Positions 39,346 to 49,802 of a DNA stretch of 64,000 nt are shown one piece after another. Position 1 is the stretch's first letter. Every line of letters begins with the position of its first letter. The notes beneath the pieces are model-generated. The model did no database searches and was not told where the DNA came from. It was given only the letters and a program-made list of their open reading frames with translations. The position numbers and the translations under genes were made by a program. Origin of the DNA: Akkermansia sp. (lineage in GTDB: Bacteria; Verrucomicrobiota; Verrucomicrobiia; Verrucomicrobiales; Akkermansiaceae); contig JAFQGD010000002.1 of the NCBI GenBank assembly GCA_017398355.1, forward strand, positions 6,926 through 70,925, written 5' to 3'.

Positions 39346-41205
39346 ATGAGTACAGATGCAGCAAAGGCCGAATTGCCGGCCTCCGTTAAGAGCTACGCCC
39401 TCTATTTGATGGTGATGGCTGGTCTTGGTGGTCTCTTGTATGGTATTGACGTAGGCGTTATTGCCGCCGCCGTGCCCTATATTGAGAAAACATCTTCCTA
39501 CACACCTTCGGACATCTCATTGGTGGTGGCAGCTGTGCTGTTCGGCTCAGTGCTCTCCTCCCTGTTCGCCGGTATGCTGGCCGAATGGCTGGGCCGCAAG
39601 AAGGTCATCATCATCTCCGCATTCCTCTTCACGCTGAGCATTCCCATCATCTGCTTCTCCAACGGCGTGTTCGGCATGCTCATGGGTGGCCGTATTCTGC
39701 AGGGTGCCTCTGCAGGTTTGGTGGGTGTGGTTGTTCCCATGTATTTGGCAGAATGCTTGGATGCCAACTCCCGTGGTAAGGGTACCGGCATGTTCCAGCT
39801 GCTTCTCACCGTGGGTCTTGTATTCGCCGCCGTGATTGGTCTTGTAGTCACCATGTTGGTAGGCGCTGCTGATGATCCTACCGTAAGCGCAGACAGCAAG
39901 GTCATGGCATGGCAGACCATCTTCTGGTGCTCCGCCATTCCCGGCATCATCCTCATGATTGGTGCCTGCCGCCTCAAGGAATCCCCCCGCTGGCTGTACT
40001 ACCGTGGCCGCAAGGAGGAAGCTCTGCTTTCCCTCGCCTCCAACAACGGCGAAAAAGCTGCCCGCGAAATTTTGGATGAAATGATTGCTGCCGATGAGGC
40101 AGAAAAGGCTCAGAAGGAAGCCATGAAAGAAGCTGCCAAGGGTGATACCCTCTTCCAGCGCAAGTATGTCATCCCCTTCATTCTGGCCGTTGTGGTGCTT
40201 GCCTGCACGCAGGCTACCGGCATTAACTCCGTGCTGAACTACTCCGTGAAGGTGTTCCAGCAGGCCGGTTTGGAAGGCTCCCAGGCCAACTGGGCAGACT
40301 TCTCCATCAAGATTGTCAACATGCTCATGACGATTGTGGCCGTATCTCTTGTAGATAAGAAGGGTCGCACCTTCTTGCTCAAGATGGGCACGCTGGGCAT
40401 CATCGCCGGTTTGGCCGGTGTGGGCGCCATGTTCCTCTCCGTGGAAAACAACCGTGTGGATGTGACTCAGGATGTAGCCGCCCTTGTGAGCGACAACAGC
40501 CTCAACGTCTCCGTGGCCGATGCCGTCGCCAAGGCCATGCAGAACCCCGAAGTGGCCGAGAATCACCCCGAATTCATGCAGGGTCAGTCCGTGGCTCCCG
40601 GCATGCAGCTCATCGTTACCTATCAGCATGGTTTGGACAGCAAGCAGGATGTAGCAGAATTCCGCGCTGCAGATGTAGCAGAAGGTTCCGCTATTGCTGT
40701 TGCTCAGGACAAGGCTCTCAAGCCCAATGTCTTTGATAAGATTTGCTTCTGGAGCACCCCGCTCCCCGAGGGCACTGTGAAGGAAATCACCATCACGCGT
40801 GCAGAAATCGGCATGAAGCCCTCTCCCGTCACCGGTTGGTTGGTCACCGGTTTCTTTGTGGTGTTCATTGCCTTCTATGCTGCCGGTCCCGGCGTGTGCG
40901 TATGGCTGGCCCTCTCTGAGCTGATGCCCACCCGCATCCGCGCCAACGGTATGGCCATTGCCCTTCTTATCAACCAAGGTGTGTCCACCACCATTGCAGG
41001 CACCTTCCTGCCTTGGGTTGGCTCCGCAGGCTACTCCAGCGTCTTCTTCACGCTGGCCGGCTTCACCGTCATCTACTTCATCACGGCCGCTTTCTTCATG
41101 CCGGAGACCAAGGGCCGTACCCTCGAGGAAATCGAACAGTACTTCACCACCGGCAAGATGCCTTCCCGCAAGGATGAGGAAGACGAAGCCAAGGCTGAAG
41201 CTTGA
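39346..41205 (+). CDS. MFS sugar porter with a large extracytoplasmic insertion
   Basis: GGLLYGIDVG, LGRK, GRILQG, PMYLAE, ESPRWL, TQATGINSVLNY, WLALSELMP and PETKGRTLEEIE. Start set after TTGAAC-16-TATAAT. Confidence 0.92.
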   Translation: MSTDAAKAELPASVKSYALYLMVMAGLGGLLYGIDVGVIAAAVPYIEKTSSYTPSDISLVVAAVLFGSVLSSLFAGMLAEWLGRKKVIIISAFLFTLSIPIICFSNGVFGMLMGGRILQGASAGLVGVVVPMYLAECLDANSRGKGTGMFQLLLTVGLVFAAVIGLVVTMLVGAADDPTVSADSKVMAWQTIFWCSAIPGIILMIGACRLKESPRWLYYRGRKEEALLSLASNNGEKAAREILDEMIAADEAEKAQKEAMKEAAKGDTLFQRKYVIPFILAVVVLACTQATGINSVLNYSVKVFQQAGLEGSQANWADFSIKIVNMLMTIVAVSLVDKKGRTFLLKMGTLGIIAGLAGVGAMFLSVENNRVDVTQDVAALVSDNSLNVSVADAVAKAMQNPEVAENHPEFMQGQSVAPGMQLIVTYQHGLDSKQDVAEFRAADVAEGSAIAVAQDKALKPNVFDKICFWSTPLPEGTVKEITITRAEIGMKPSPVTGWLVTGFFVVFIAFYAAGPGVCVWLALSELMPTRIRANGMAIALLINQGVSTTIAGTFLPWVGSAGYSSVFFTLAGFTVIYFITAAFFMPETKGRTLEEIEQYFTTGKMPSRKDEEDEAKAEA

Positions 41206-41252
41206 TTCCCCTCCTGATACACTTCTCTCTCTCTCACCATAACTTACTCTAC

Positions 41253-41287
41253 ATGCATGCCGGGTTCTCACGAGCTCGGCATGTATT
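41253..41287 (+). terminator. Hairpin after the sugar porter
   Basis: ATGCATGCCGGGTT / AGCTCGGCATGTAT stem with G-U pairs; weak U-tail. Confidence 0.5.
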
Positions 41288-41344
41288 GTCGTATACGTAT
41301 CGTTTGCGCTTGAGTTAGCGTGGAAGATAAGGTAGAATGCTTGC

Positions 41345-41896
41345 GTGAAGCCCGTACTCTTTTTGATGGCTCCCGGATTTGAGGAGATAGAATTTTGCGC
41401 ACCGGTAGATATCTTGCGGCGCATGGAAGTACCTGTCACCCTTTGTGGGGTGCAGGGTCGCCAGGTAGAAGGCGCACATGGCATCACCATGCAGGCGGAT
41501 ATGCTGCTGGTAGATGTGGATAGCAGTCAATATAGTGGAGTTGTGCTGCCGGGTGGTGCAGCTTCCTGGACCCTGCGCGATACTCCCGCCGTGCTCAAGC
41601 TCGTGCGCGAAATGCAGGCTCAGGGAAAACTGGTGGCGGCTATTTGCGCGGCTCCCATTGCGTTGGAAGCGGCCGGGGTCATCAATAATCGCCACATCAC
41701 CTGCTACCCGGCTGAAGATGTGACCAAGGATATTACCACAGCTGCATCCATTTCCGAGGCTCCGGCCGTGAGGGATGGAAATCTCATCACCGGGCGCGGT
41801 CCCGGAGCCGCCCTTGAGTTTGGCTTTACACTTGCTGCATATTATTGCTCGCAAGAAAAGGTGGATGCCTTGCGCCAAGCCATGTGTGTTGAGTGA
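41345..41896 (+). CDS. DJ-1/PfpI (YajL/ThiJ-like) protein
   Basis: GFEEIEF, VVLPGG, AAICAAP and ITGRGPG; GTG start 6 nt after TAGAAT. Confidence 0.92.
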   Translation: MKPVLFLMAPGFEEIEFCAPVDILRRMEVPVTLCGVQGRQVEGAHGITMQADMLLVDVDSSQYSGVVLPGGAASWTLRDTPAVLKLVREMQAQGKLVAAICAAPIALEAAGVINNRHITCYPAEDVTKDITTAASISEAPAVRDGNLITGRGPGAALEFGFTLAAYYCSQEKVDALRQAMCVE

Positions 41897-41973
41897 TAAA
41901 AGAAGAATGTGCAATGAAAAGGCCGCTGCTCGTAATGGAGCAGCGGCTTCATAGCGAAGCGGGCAAGAGCTTC

Positions 41974-44900
41974 TCAGGATTCCTTGGCACCGTATTTCAC
42001 GAGCAAATCAGTGAGTGCTTGAGGCATTGTTTGTCTAAATCCCTGGTATTTACCTTTCAAATAATCCAAGAGGGTAGGCTTGCCGTTTTCTTCTTCTTGG
42101 ACATCTGCACCAAGCTTTATGAGCTCTTCCATTGTGGCGAGGAACTTTTGTTGCATTTCCGGTTTCTGGTGTGAAAAAATCGAGGGGGCTTTCCTGCACA
42201 TGTATCGCAAGATACTGTTTCCCTCATGGTTGCGGGTATTCAGATTAAAACCTTTTTCCTTGAGCAAACGAGCAACTTGGGGGATGTTGGCCCACGTGGC
42301 TTGATTATCTACCATGGTGTACAACAAGTGGTTGCCGCGTTCATCGCATGCGTTGGGATCTGCACCGTGTTGCAGTAGCAAGCTTACCAACTCCGGATTA
42401 CCTCTTGTATACAATAAGGGGTATGTGTAACCACCACGCCCCATGGAATTCGGGCTGGCCACGTTGGGGTTTGCTCCGCGTTCTAGCAACAATTTTAACT
42501 TCTTGGGTCTGCCGGATTGTACAGCACACAGCAGCATAGGTGTGGCATCTGTTGAGCGGCGGGTCATGCGGCTACCGCGGTTGAGAAGAAGCTCTACCAT
42601 AGCCACGGGGCAATTCCCCAGCAGAGCTACATGCAGGGGTGTGCTGGTGGTATCAGCACAGGTCATATTGGCCAGATGCGGGTGCGTGCAGAGTAGCTCT
42701 TCGACCTTGGTCATATTGTTAGACCGGATGGCTGTAAAGAGGTCATTTTTGAGTTGCGGGTCGGGAGTATCCGCAGAGTAAACATACTCTTTTACAATAG
42801 GATTATCTACAGAGAGAAGTTCTACGACAAAGCCTTTCCGGTAAATATGGTCCTCTGCCGGTACATCTTGCGTATTGCAGCGTTCGGCATTTTCGCGCAG
42901 GATGTTCATGACCTCTTGCCCCAAGGAATCCCAGCTCCCCTGGGCATCTTGGTAAGCTACGGCATGCACATAACGCGTGGCACTTTTATCATTCTTTATT
43001 TGTCGGTTAAATAAAGCTTCTTCTTCACCACCGCGTTGTCCCAGCATGTGTACACGTATGCCGGTCTTGCGCCGAGTAGCTTCGGCTTCTGCTTGGGGTA
43101 GGCTATCGAAATAGCGGATGAACTCCGTTTCTTCGATAGGATAGCCGGCAAGAGCAGTGCGCGATTCATCATTCAGGATGTCAGGGTACACAGTAAATCG
43201 ATTCCCATCGGGTGCGATAAAGTGTACATTCTGGAAGCTGACAATGGGAATACGGTTTATTGTGCGCTTAAGGGAGGTTTTGGGTGATTGAACAATGCGC
43301 TCCACTTTCGCATCAAAAGAAGCACCGCTCATGTTGGTGTGGTATGTCCATGTATGGATATTGTTTTTCTCTTTCCAATGGATGATATTTTCAATATCCT
43401 CGGTAGCAATTTCCGCTAAGGGGATTTCCAGCAAACGGCCGGATTCCAGCTGAAGCCACAGCTTGTTCTGATCTTCATCTTTGTTTTCGTAATCTGCTTT
43501 CAGGATGCGCGCCTTAATCGTTTGGGTTGTGGCATGGCGACCGGCTTGGGTAGCAAATTCCTTCTCCGCAGATAAGCTGGTATCTTGCTGCATGGCTGCT
43601 TGGGATAAGTGCCATGTATAAAGCTCAGAAGAGAAGGGGAGATGAGCATTGATATCTTGATTTGCATGGGGGGTGTGGTCGCGTTCTGCTACGGCAGGGT
43701 GATCTTCCACGGCCGTAGCTTGAAGCAAGCGCAGTGCAGCTGCGTATCGGGGTGCAGGGGTATTGTAGGCAGCTAGCCATTGTGTGCGCCATTGCTCACG
43801 CTCTGCTTGCGGTATTTTATCGCAATGCAAGATGCAAGGAATCAGATGTTGACCAAGCTCCGGGAAGCGGGCAATGGCAGGTATGGCCGTGTTCAACAAG
43901 CGGCGTGCATCTTGCTCTCGGCCTTGTTGGAGCATGGCCAAAGCGCGGTATACATCCGCCTCAATACGCAATTGAGCCAAATGAGCCTGTGAGCCGCGGT
44001 AGCCTGATGAAACTGCCACACCATTCAACGTAGTCAGCAAACACTCTGCATTGAAACATGCACTTTCAAACTGCCCGTTGGCAGCAAAGGCCGGGATGAG
44101 TACTTCCCGGGCAAAATGGCGGCTGCGAGAAGGCAAAAGTACTTGCAAGCGCTCGGTTTCCGTGTATTTTTCAGCATCAAGTAGCACTTGCAAAGCTTCC
44201 TCAATTTGGCCGGATTCCGGGGCTGCCAGTGAATAGTCGATAGCTGCCTGTGACACAGCAAGTTTCTCGTGCCACTTGGCTGCTTTTTCATCATGATCCA
44301 GCCTTGCAATCAGTGCTGCTGCAAGGCGGGTGGCAATGTAGCGGAAATTGACGGGGTTGGCAGACATATCCTTAAAGATACGGCGGGCGGTATCATGTTC
44401 TCCGCGTTCTACGGCATGCCGCACCATGAGATAACCCAATTTGGCAGCAGGTCCTCTGTATTTTTTGGGATCGAGTGACGTGTCGAACAAGGCATCGCAC
44501 ATACGATGATGATTGAGGATTGCACGCAGGGTGTTTACCTTGGGATATTGCTTACCATATGCTATCCATTTGCGGAGTATTTCCTCTTTCTCTGCATCCG
44601 ATTCAGGGGATATTTTGTTGCGAATGACCAGCAATTCATATATGAGCATGGATAGGGTTTCTGCATTCAATACGGCATCTCCAAATCCGTCTTTCTCTGT
44701 GCTTATGTGCTCTGCCAGGGTAAGCGCCATAGAGCGGGGCTTGAGTACTAAATCAACCCAAGCGCGCAACATATTCTGATTGTGGGTACAATGAGCCGTG
44801 AGGGCAACGATGCTGCGCGGGCTTAGTTGGCGCATAGCATATTGATTAAGCATGAGCGGCCAAGCGCGGTATTCATTGAGCACCGCTGCCAGTTCAGCCG

Positions 44901-46275
44901 CGGTTTTGCCTAGTTCTTCCAGTTTACCGTCTCTATCAAAAATGGCCATTTTGAGGGCACAGCGGTGTAGTGCCACCGTCAGGGTATGGTAGCGGCGGCG
45001 CATTTCGTCATCATCGCGCGAAAAGCGGGGTCCTTTCTCATCAATGAGCACATCAATGCCGTTTTCGGAGACCTCGATGTCAAATGATGCATAGCTGCGG
45101 AAATGCCCGTCGCGGGGTATCCAAGGCCTATATGCATTGTCTTTTTGAGCGAGTGCATCTTCTGCCAAGGTGAAGAGAAGCAAGGTAGAAAAGTTTTTAT
45201 CTTGAACCTCTTTCTGGACGATTGATCGGAACCGAGCCACATCTTGTTCTGCACTTGTATTACTGCCGAATAGTGTATCGCTCCACTGGGGAAGCAAAAC
45301 GGCAGAACAATCAGGCATTTCGTAAAGAGATGCAGCTGTATCCTCCAAGTTCTTCCACGGCATGCAGGTGGGATCTGCCGCCAACATGCTACGCACGGTA
45401 AAGGCTTTCATCTCCCCATTGAGCGGAGCGGCTTCTTGGGAAATTGCTTGTATTTCCGCAGGGGTGGGGAGCTGCCCTTGGTGGCGTTTTTGCATCAATT
45501 GCATGGCTAGTCTGATGGATTGGGGCAGGTCCTTTCCCCAAGTGTAGTGCCAGCAAGTTAAACCTTTTTCTTTGTTTGCATCAAATAAGACAGAATAATC
45601 ATGCAAGAGGTATCGCAGCTTTGTTTTGGAGCTGTTCAAACCTGTTTGGCGGATGAAATCTGCATTGCCTTCTGGGTTACTCCATAGGCGGTTAGCTTCT
45701 TCAGCCAGTTGAAGTGAGCGCAAGATGGAGTATTTGCTGCGCATAAGAAGCGGGTGCAATCCGCGTTGCGCATCAGTGATACCTAACAAGATGGCCGCAT
45801 GCGTGCGAGGCCAGTGCGTCATCATCGCCAGGAAATTTTGCTGGTATTGTTGAAGCACCGGGTAATGGGTTTCATAGGGGAACAGGAGGTGGTTTTGGCA
45901 GTATGATAATTCGTTGTTGCAAAAATGGTTATTCCACACCCTGTTGGCGTTGATAATCATATACACATTGCCATCGGTATTGTGCCCTTTCATCATATCA
46001 TGAAAAAGCATCGTGTGTAGTGTAAGCCACCGTTTGTTTTTATCCTTGGTGTTCCAAGCTTTCTCCAAGCGCTCATAAGTGGCGCGGTGTATATGCCCGG
46101 GAAAATGGGGCAAAGCCTGGATAGCCTGTTGAGCATCCCATCCCTCAAATTCTTTTTTACTGAGGCTTTTTGGGGGTAATGGTTCATGTGTGCCGAGCAT
46201 TTCTTCTGCTGCATGTGTGGACAATCCGCACAGAATGCAGCTCAACAATATGTGTTTGAGAAAAGTTTTCATCAT
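41974..46275 (-). CDS. Large exported multidomain protein: helical/TPR-like region, two SHD1-like domains, C-terminal ankyrin repeats
   Basis: Signal peptide. IKARIL...LWLQLESGRLLEIPLAEIATED and HTWT...VHFIAPDGNRFTVYPDILNDES are SHD1-like. Ankyrin repeats include STPLHVALLGNCPVAMVELLLNRG and TPMLLCAVQSGRPKKLKLLLERGANPN. Confidence 0.75.
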   Translation of the reverse strand: MMKTFLKHILLSCILCGLSTHAAEEMLGTHEPLPPKSLSKKEFEGWDAQQAIQALPHFPGHIHRATYERLEKAWNTKDKNKRWLTLHTMLFHDMMKGHNTDGNVYMIINANRVWNNHFCNNELSYCQNHLLFPYETHYPVLQQYQQNFLAMMTHWPRTHAAILLGITDAQRGLHPLLMRSKYSILRSLQLAEEANRLWSNPEGNADFIRQTGLNSSKTKLRYLLHDYSVLFDANKEKGLTCWHYTWGKDLPQSIRLAMQLMQKRHQGQLPTPAEIQAISQEAAPLNGEMKAFTVRSMLAADPTCMPWKNLEDTAASLYEMPDCSAVLLPQWSDTLFGSNTSAEQDVARFRSIVQKEVQDKNFSTLLLFTLAEDALAQKDNAYRPWIPRDGHFRSYASFDIEVSENGIDVLIDEKGPRFSRDDDEMRRRYHTLTVALHRCALKMAIFDRDGKLEELGKTAAELAAVLNEYRAWPLMLNQYAMRQLSPRSIVALTAHCTHNQNMLRAWVDLVLKPRSMALTLAEHISTEKDGFGDAVLNAETLSMLIYELLVIRNKISPESDAEKEEILRKWIAYGKQYPKVNTLRAILNHHRMCDALFDTSLDPKKYRGPAAKLGYLMVRHAVERGEHDTARRIFKDMSANPVNFRYIATRLAAALIARLDHDEKAAKWHEKLAVSQAAIDYSLAAPESGQIEEALQVLLDAEKYTETERLQVLLPSRSRHFAREVLIPAFAANGQFESACFNAECLLTTLNGVAVSSGYRGSQAHLAQLRIEADVYRALAMLQQGREQDARRLLNTAIPAIARFPELGQHLIPCILHCDKIPQAEREQWRTQWLAAYNTPAPRYAAALRLLQATAVEDHPAVAERDHTPHANQDINAHLPFSSELYTWHLSQAAMQQDTSLSAEKEFATQAGRHATTQTIKARILKADYENKDEDQNKLWLQLESGRLLEIPLAEIATEDIENIIHWKEKNNIHTWTYHTNMSGASFDAKVERIVQSPKTSLKRTINRIPIVSFQNVHFIAPDGNRFTVYPDILNDESRTALAGYPIEETEFIRYFDSLPQAEAEATRRKTGIRVHMLGQRGGEEEALFNRQIKNDKSATRYVHAVAYQDAQGSWDSLGQEVMNILRENAERCNTQDVPAEDHIYRKGFVVELLSVDNPIVKEYVYSADTPDPQLKNDLFTAIRSNNMTKVEELLCTHPHLANMTCADTTSTPLHVALLGNCPVAMVELLLNRGSRMTRRSTDATPMLLCAVQSGRPKKLKLLLERGANPNVASPNSMGRGGYTYPLLYTRGNPELVSLLLQHGADPNACDERGNHLLYTMVDNQATWANIPQVARLLKEKGFNLNTRNHEGNSILRYMCRKAPSIFSHQKPEMQQKFLATMEELIKLGADVQEEENGKPTLLDYLKGKYQGFRQTMPQALTDLLVKYGAKES

Positions 46276-46292
46276 GTGTTAAAGTGGCTGGG

Positions 46293-47228
46293 TTAGAACA
46301 TATCCGTCACAACATCAGGCAGAGTTTGGACGGGTGCTGTCGGGTCATCCTTCCATACCTTGATTTTCAGCATGACCGCTTCAGATTCGCTACTTTCTGT
46401 TTTTGTTTCGTCTTTGGTACTCGCTTTGGAGGGGGAGTTTGTGTTTCTGTTGCCAAGCAAACGTTGCATCATGGCGTTGCGTTTTTCTTGGGCTGCTTGC
46501 GCTTGGATAGCTTTGTGTTCCTCCACTTGGGCTGCCGCATCTGCCGGTACCCAGAAGGTCCAGCTTTTAGCGGCCGGAATTTGTTCTGTTTGTAGGCGTA
46601 TGGCTTCCGGCAATTCATTGAATCTTAATTTACGCGTTACGCGAGTATAGAAAGCAACACCTGTTTCGCGGGTTCCGCGGTTGATGTCTTTTAATGGCGT
46701 ATCACCCGCTTCTATTTCCATCTGCACTCCGAATTTAAGCGTTTGTACACCCTCTCTGCCGGCATTAGCTGCCAAAATTTCTTTTTCTTTTACAGCCTCT
46801 CTCTGCCGCAGAATGGGGCGGTATGCCTCGGCAACTTTTTTATACAATTGGCGCAGGTGATTGTCTGTAGTCTCTTCATCCCAAGTGCTTTGGTTGAGGA
46901 TGGTTTGTATGCGGTTGATGACTGCTTCGGCATCATAATCGCGGCGCTCAAATTGCTTGAGGGTGGCATTGCTCCAATATGTTGCTGCAGGGCAATCTGT
47001 TTTTTTCTCATCTTCAATCACTTGCCCTTCCCTGAAGGCTTTGGCAAATTGTCCTGCGCACACGTCTTGTGCAAAGGCTTTTCCGTAGCTCTCGGATGCG
47101 GAGCGTATACTGGCAGCGGTGCGGGTGGCAATGAGTTCGGCTATATCTTGCCGCAAGTTTTCCGGTGCGTCCTGAGCGTGCAGGGGAAGACTCACACATA
47201 TAAGAAAAAAGAGTTTTGCTATATTCAT
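46293..47228 (-). CDS. Exported protein, degenerate FKBP/FkpA-like
   Basis: Signal peptide. EILAANAGREGVQTLKFGVQMEIEAGD and ELPEAIRLQ..IPAAKSWTFWVPADAA loosely match FkpA/Mip N-domain and C-terminal PPIase segments. Confidence 0.5.
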   Translation of the reverse strand: MNIAKLFFLICVSLPLHAQDAPENLRQDIAELIATRTAASIRSASESYGKAFAQDVCAGQFAKAFREGQVIEDEKKTDCPAATYWSNATLKQFERRDYDAEAVINRIQTILNQSTWDEETTDNHLRQLYKKVAEAYRPILRQREAVKEKEILAANAGREGVQTLKFGVQMEIEAGDTPLKDINRGTRETGVAFYTRVTRKLRFNELPEAIRLQTEQIPAAKSWTFWVPADAAAQVEEHKAIQAQAAQEKRNAMMQRLLGNRNTNSPSKASTKDETKTESSESEAVMLKIKVWKDDPTAPVQTLPDVVTDMF

Positions 47229-47234
47229 AATCGT

Positions 47235-47957
47235 TTAATCGAGTGAAAGGTGAAAAAAGGAAGGTATGCTTTCAATGTGGCAGCGGATACGCACGCGCAA
47301 TGGTGCAGGCAAACATGTTTCTGCACCCCGGCCAAAGATTCTGTATGATTCATCCGCTTTGTTTTTATCGTGAAACACCTCTGTGAGTGTAAGTGTATCT
47401 TCATTGCCGGATAGAACGAGCGTACTTTTACTGCCATAGAAGAATAAATAGCAAAGTGGAGCGTAGCTTGGCTCAGGATGAAGTTGGCGAATGCGGGCAA
47501 AACACTCTTTCATGATTCCCCTATCGGGTGTTTCCTTCGTTAATTCTGCCGCAATAAGATGTTGTTGGTGGATGATAGCATCGATTTTTTCTTCGCCCAA
47601 ATGGCGTTCAGAGGGCCGAAAAACCGCTTGGGGTGTAAGGCGGTTTCCCATCTTCAGTGTACGTGTGATGGTGTAATCTTTGCGTTGCAGGGTTAGTGTG
47701 AGCTCTTGCCCCGGGGGTGTGGCAGTTATGAGTGCTCGCAATTCCTCTCGGGTTGAAAGTTTTTTGCCGTTTATGAGCAAAATGTAGTCCCCTGTATTAA
47801 TTCCCGCTTTGTCGGCCGGCCCACGGTGTGCTATTTCGGTCACGATTAGTTTGCCACGAGTGCCTGGAGCAGCTGCCAAGCCGGCGTATGGAGCAGCTTC
47901 TTCCCCACAGCAAATCCCCCCTAGCACTGCCAAAATGGTAAATACAAACGGTTTCAT
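47235..47957 (-). CDS. Exported PDZ-domain protein
   Basis: Signal peptide; PYAGL...LIVTEIAHRGPADKAGINTGDYILLINGK is a PDZ signature. Confidence 0.8.
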   Translation of the reverse strand: MKPFVFTILAVLGGICCGEEAAPYAGLAAAPGTRGKLIVTEIAHRGPADKAGINTGDYILLINGKKLSTREELRALITATPPGQELTLTLQRKDYTITRTLKMGNRLTPQAVFRPSERHLGEEKIDAIIHQQHLIAAELTKETPDRGIMKECFARIRQLHPEPSYAPLCYLFFYGSKSTLVLSGNEDTLTLTEVFHDKNKADESYRIFGRGAETCLPAPLRVRIRCHIESIPSFFHLSLD

Positions 47958-48031
47958 GTTATGTATGATATTTTATGGAATTATGCGAGAAATGCAAGTA
48001 TTTAGCTACGAAATACCAAAGTGGTAGAAAA

Positions 48032-48619
48032 TTAATTTTCCCTCGTTTTGTCGGAAATATCTTTATAGGGGGATTCTGGGTATATTTGCTTGATAATGAG
48101 TTGCCCGAGTGTTTCATTTTTGCGGCCGGGGATGTAGCAGTGGCGCCATTGGGCGGCGCTGCGGCGGGGGCGGCTTTTGTAGTAGCGGAGGATTTCTCCC
48201 GTTTGCGCGTGGCATAGCGCATAGCGGGGTTGGCGCTGCAGGTGCGGGGGGGTGAAATCTTGCAAGGGCTTGGTAGCGCGCGTATCAGTAAGCCCCAAAA
48301 GGGAGCAATATTGGCGCCAAATAGCTCCGTGTGCGCGTGCGCGGCGGTGTTGCCAAGCGAGGGCATGTGCTATCTCATGCAGCAGGGTGAGGTGAATTTC
48401 CTGTGGGTCAATGCTCAGGTATGCCTCCACAAAGTAGCGGGAAAGAGAAATCGTGCGCAGGGCAGGGCGGCAACAGCCCATGCGTTTCACAGCGCGGTCC
48501 CACACAAAATGCCAATCTTCCAGCCCCACAGCCGCCAAGCAGCTTTGGGCATGGGTGGCTACTGCCTCCCTGTTTGGCAGAGCCGGGCAGGGGGGGAGGA
48601 TGTAGGGCGGATGTTGCAT
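48032..48619 (-). CDS. SprT-like zinc metalloprotease
   Basis: WDRAVKRMGCC...ISLS, TLLHEIAHAL and HGAIW. Confidence 0.85.
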   Translation of the reverse strand: MQHPPYILPPCPALPNREAVATHAQSCLAAVGLEDWHFVWDRAVKRMGCCRPALRTISLSRYFVEAYLSIDPQEIHLTLLHEIAHALAWQHRRARAHGAIWRQYCSLLGLTDTRATKPLQDFTPPHLQRQPRYALCHAQTGEILRYYKSRPRRSAAQWRHCYIPGRKNETLGQLIIKQIYPESPYKDISDKTREN

Positions 48620-48621
48620 GC

Positions 48622-48664
48622 AGAAAAAAGCACCCGGCAGTGGCGCGCGAACTCACTACCGGGT
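48622..48664 (-). terminator. recA terminator
   Basis: CACCCGGTAGTG / CACTGCCGGGTG stem followed by CTTTTTT on the minus strand. Confidence 0.7.
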
Positions 48665-48699
48665 GGGTTTGTGTTTGAGAAAGGATGAATGAAGTAAGC

Positions 48700-49734
48700 T
48701 TAGCGCCCGGCTTTTTCTTCCAGCTTGGCGCGTACTTTATCGGCAATCTCGTTGTAGAGCTCAGCGTTGTTGCGCAGCACTTCCTTGGCGCCATCGCGCC
48801 CTTGGGCAAGCTGGCCGCCGTTGTAGCTGAACCAGGAGCCGCGCTTCTGCACGATATCGTATTCCATGGCCAGGTCAATAAGGCTGCCTACGGAGGAGAT
48901 ACCCTCGTTGTACATGATATCGAACTCGCATTCGGTGAAGGGGGGAGCCACCTTGTTCTTTACTACCTTGAGCTTGGTGCGGTTGCCGGCTACAGTACCA
49001 TCCGAGCCTTTGATTTGGCCGATGCGGCGGATATCGCAGCGCACGGAGGCATAGAACTTGAGGGCTCGGCCACCGGGTGTCGTTTCAGGGTTGCCGAACA
49101 TGACACCAATCTTCTCGCGAATCTGGTTGGTGAAGATGCAGATGGTGCGTGCCTTGGAGATGAGGGAAGTGAGCTTGCGCAGGGCGGCGCTCATCAGGCG
49201 AGCCTGGGCACCCACGGTGCTATCCCCAATGTCGCCCTCCAATTCCTGGCGGGTCACTAGGGCTGCTACGGAGTCTACCACAATCACATCAATGGCGTTG
49301 GAGCGCACCAATGCTTCGCAAATTTGCAAGGCCTCTTCGCCACTACCGGGCTGGGAAACTAAAAGGTCATCCAAATTCACGCCAAGCTTGGCGGCATAGG
49401 CCGGGTCGAGCGCGTGCTCCACATCGATGAAGGCAGCCAAGCCACCGGCCTTTTGGGCTTGGGCTATGACGGTGAGGGTAAGGGTGGTTTTACCGGAGGA
49501 TTCGGGGCCGAATACTTCCACAATACGCCCGCGGGGGAAACCACCCACGCCCAAGGCGCGATCTATCAGCAAATTGCCGGTAGGAATGACCTCCACTTCC
49601 ATCTTTTTCTGGTCGCCCAGGCGCACAATGGCGTTCTCGCCGAAGTCTTTCTGAATCTGCAACATAGCGGCATCCAAGGCGCGTTGGCGTTGGGCCTGAA
49701 TTTTCTGTTGCTCAGGGGAAATTTCTTTACTCAT
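48700..49734 (-). CDS. recA: Recombinase A
   Basis: [53 protein letters not shown] and [11 protein letters not shown]. Start set at MSKEISPEQ. Confidence 0.98.
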   Translation of the reverse strand: MSKEISPEQQKIQAQRQRALDAAMLQIQKDFGENAIVRLGDQKKMEVEVIPTGNLLIDRALGVGGFPRGRIVEVFGPESSGKTTLTLTVIAQAQKAGGLAAFIDVEHALDPAYAAKLGVNLDDLLVSQPGSGEEALQICEALVRSNAIDVIVVDSVAALVTRQELEGDIGDSTVGAQARLMSAALRKLTSLISKARTICIFTNQIREKIGVMFGNPETTPGGRALKFYASVRCDIRRIGQIKGSDGTVAGNRTKLKVVKNKVAPPFTECEFDIMYNEGISSVGSLIDLAMEYDIVQKRGSWFSYNGGQLAQGRDGAKEVLRNNAELYNEIADKVRAKLEEKAGR

Positions 49735-49802
49735 ATCACAGAGCAGCTTACCTGTTTGGGCGGCGCCTTGCAAGCTAAATTTCTGCCAGTGGACACTTTG
49801 TA

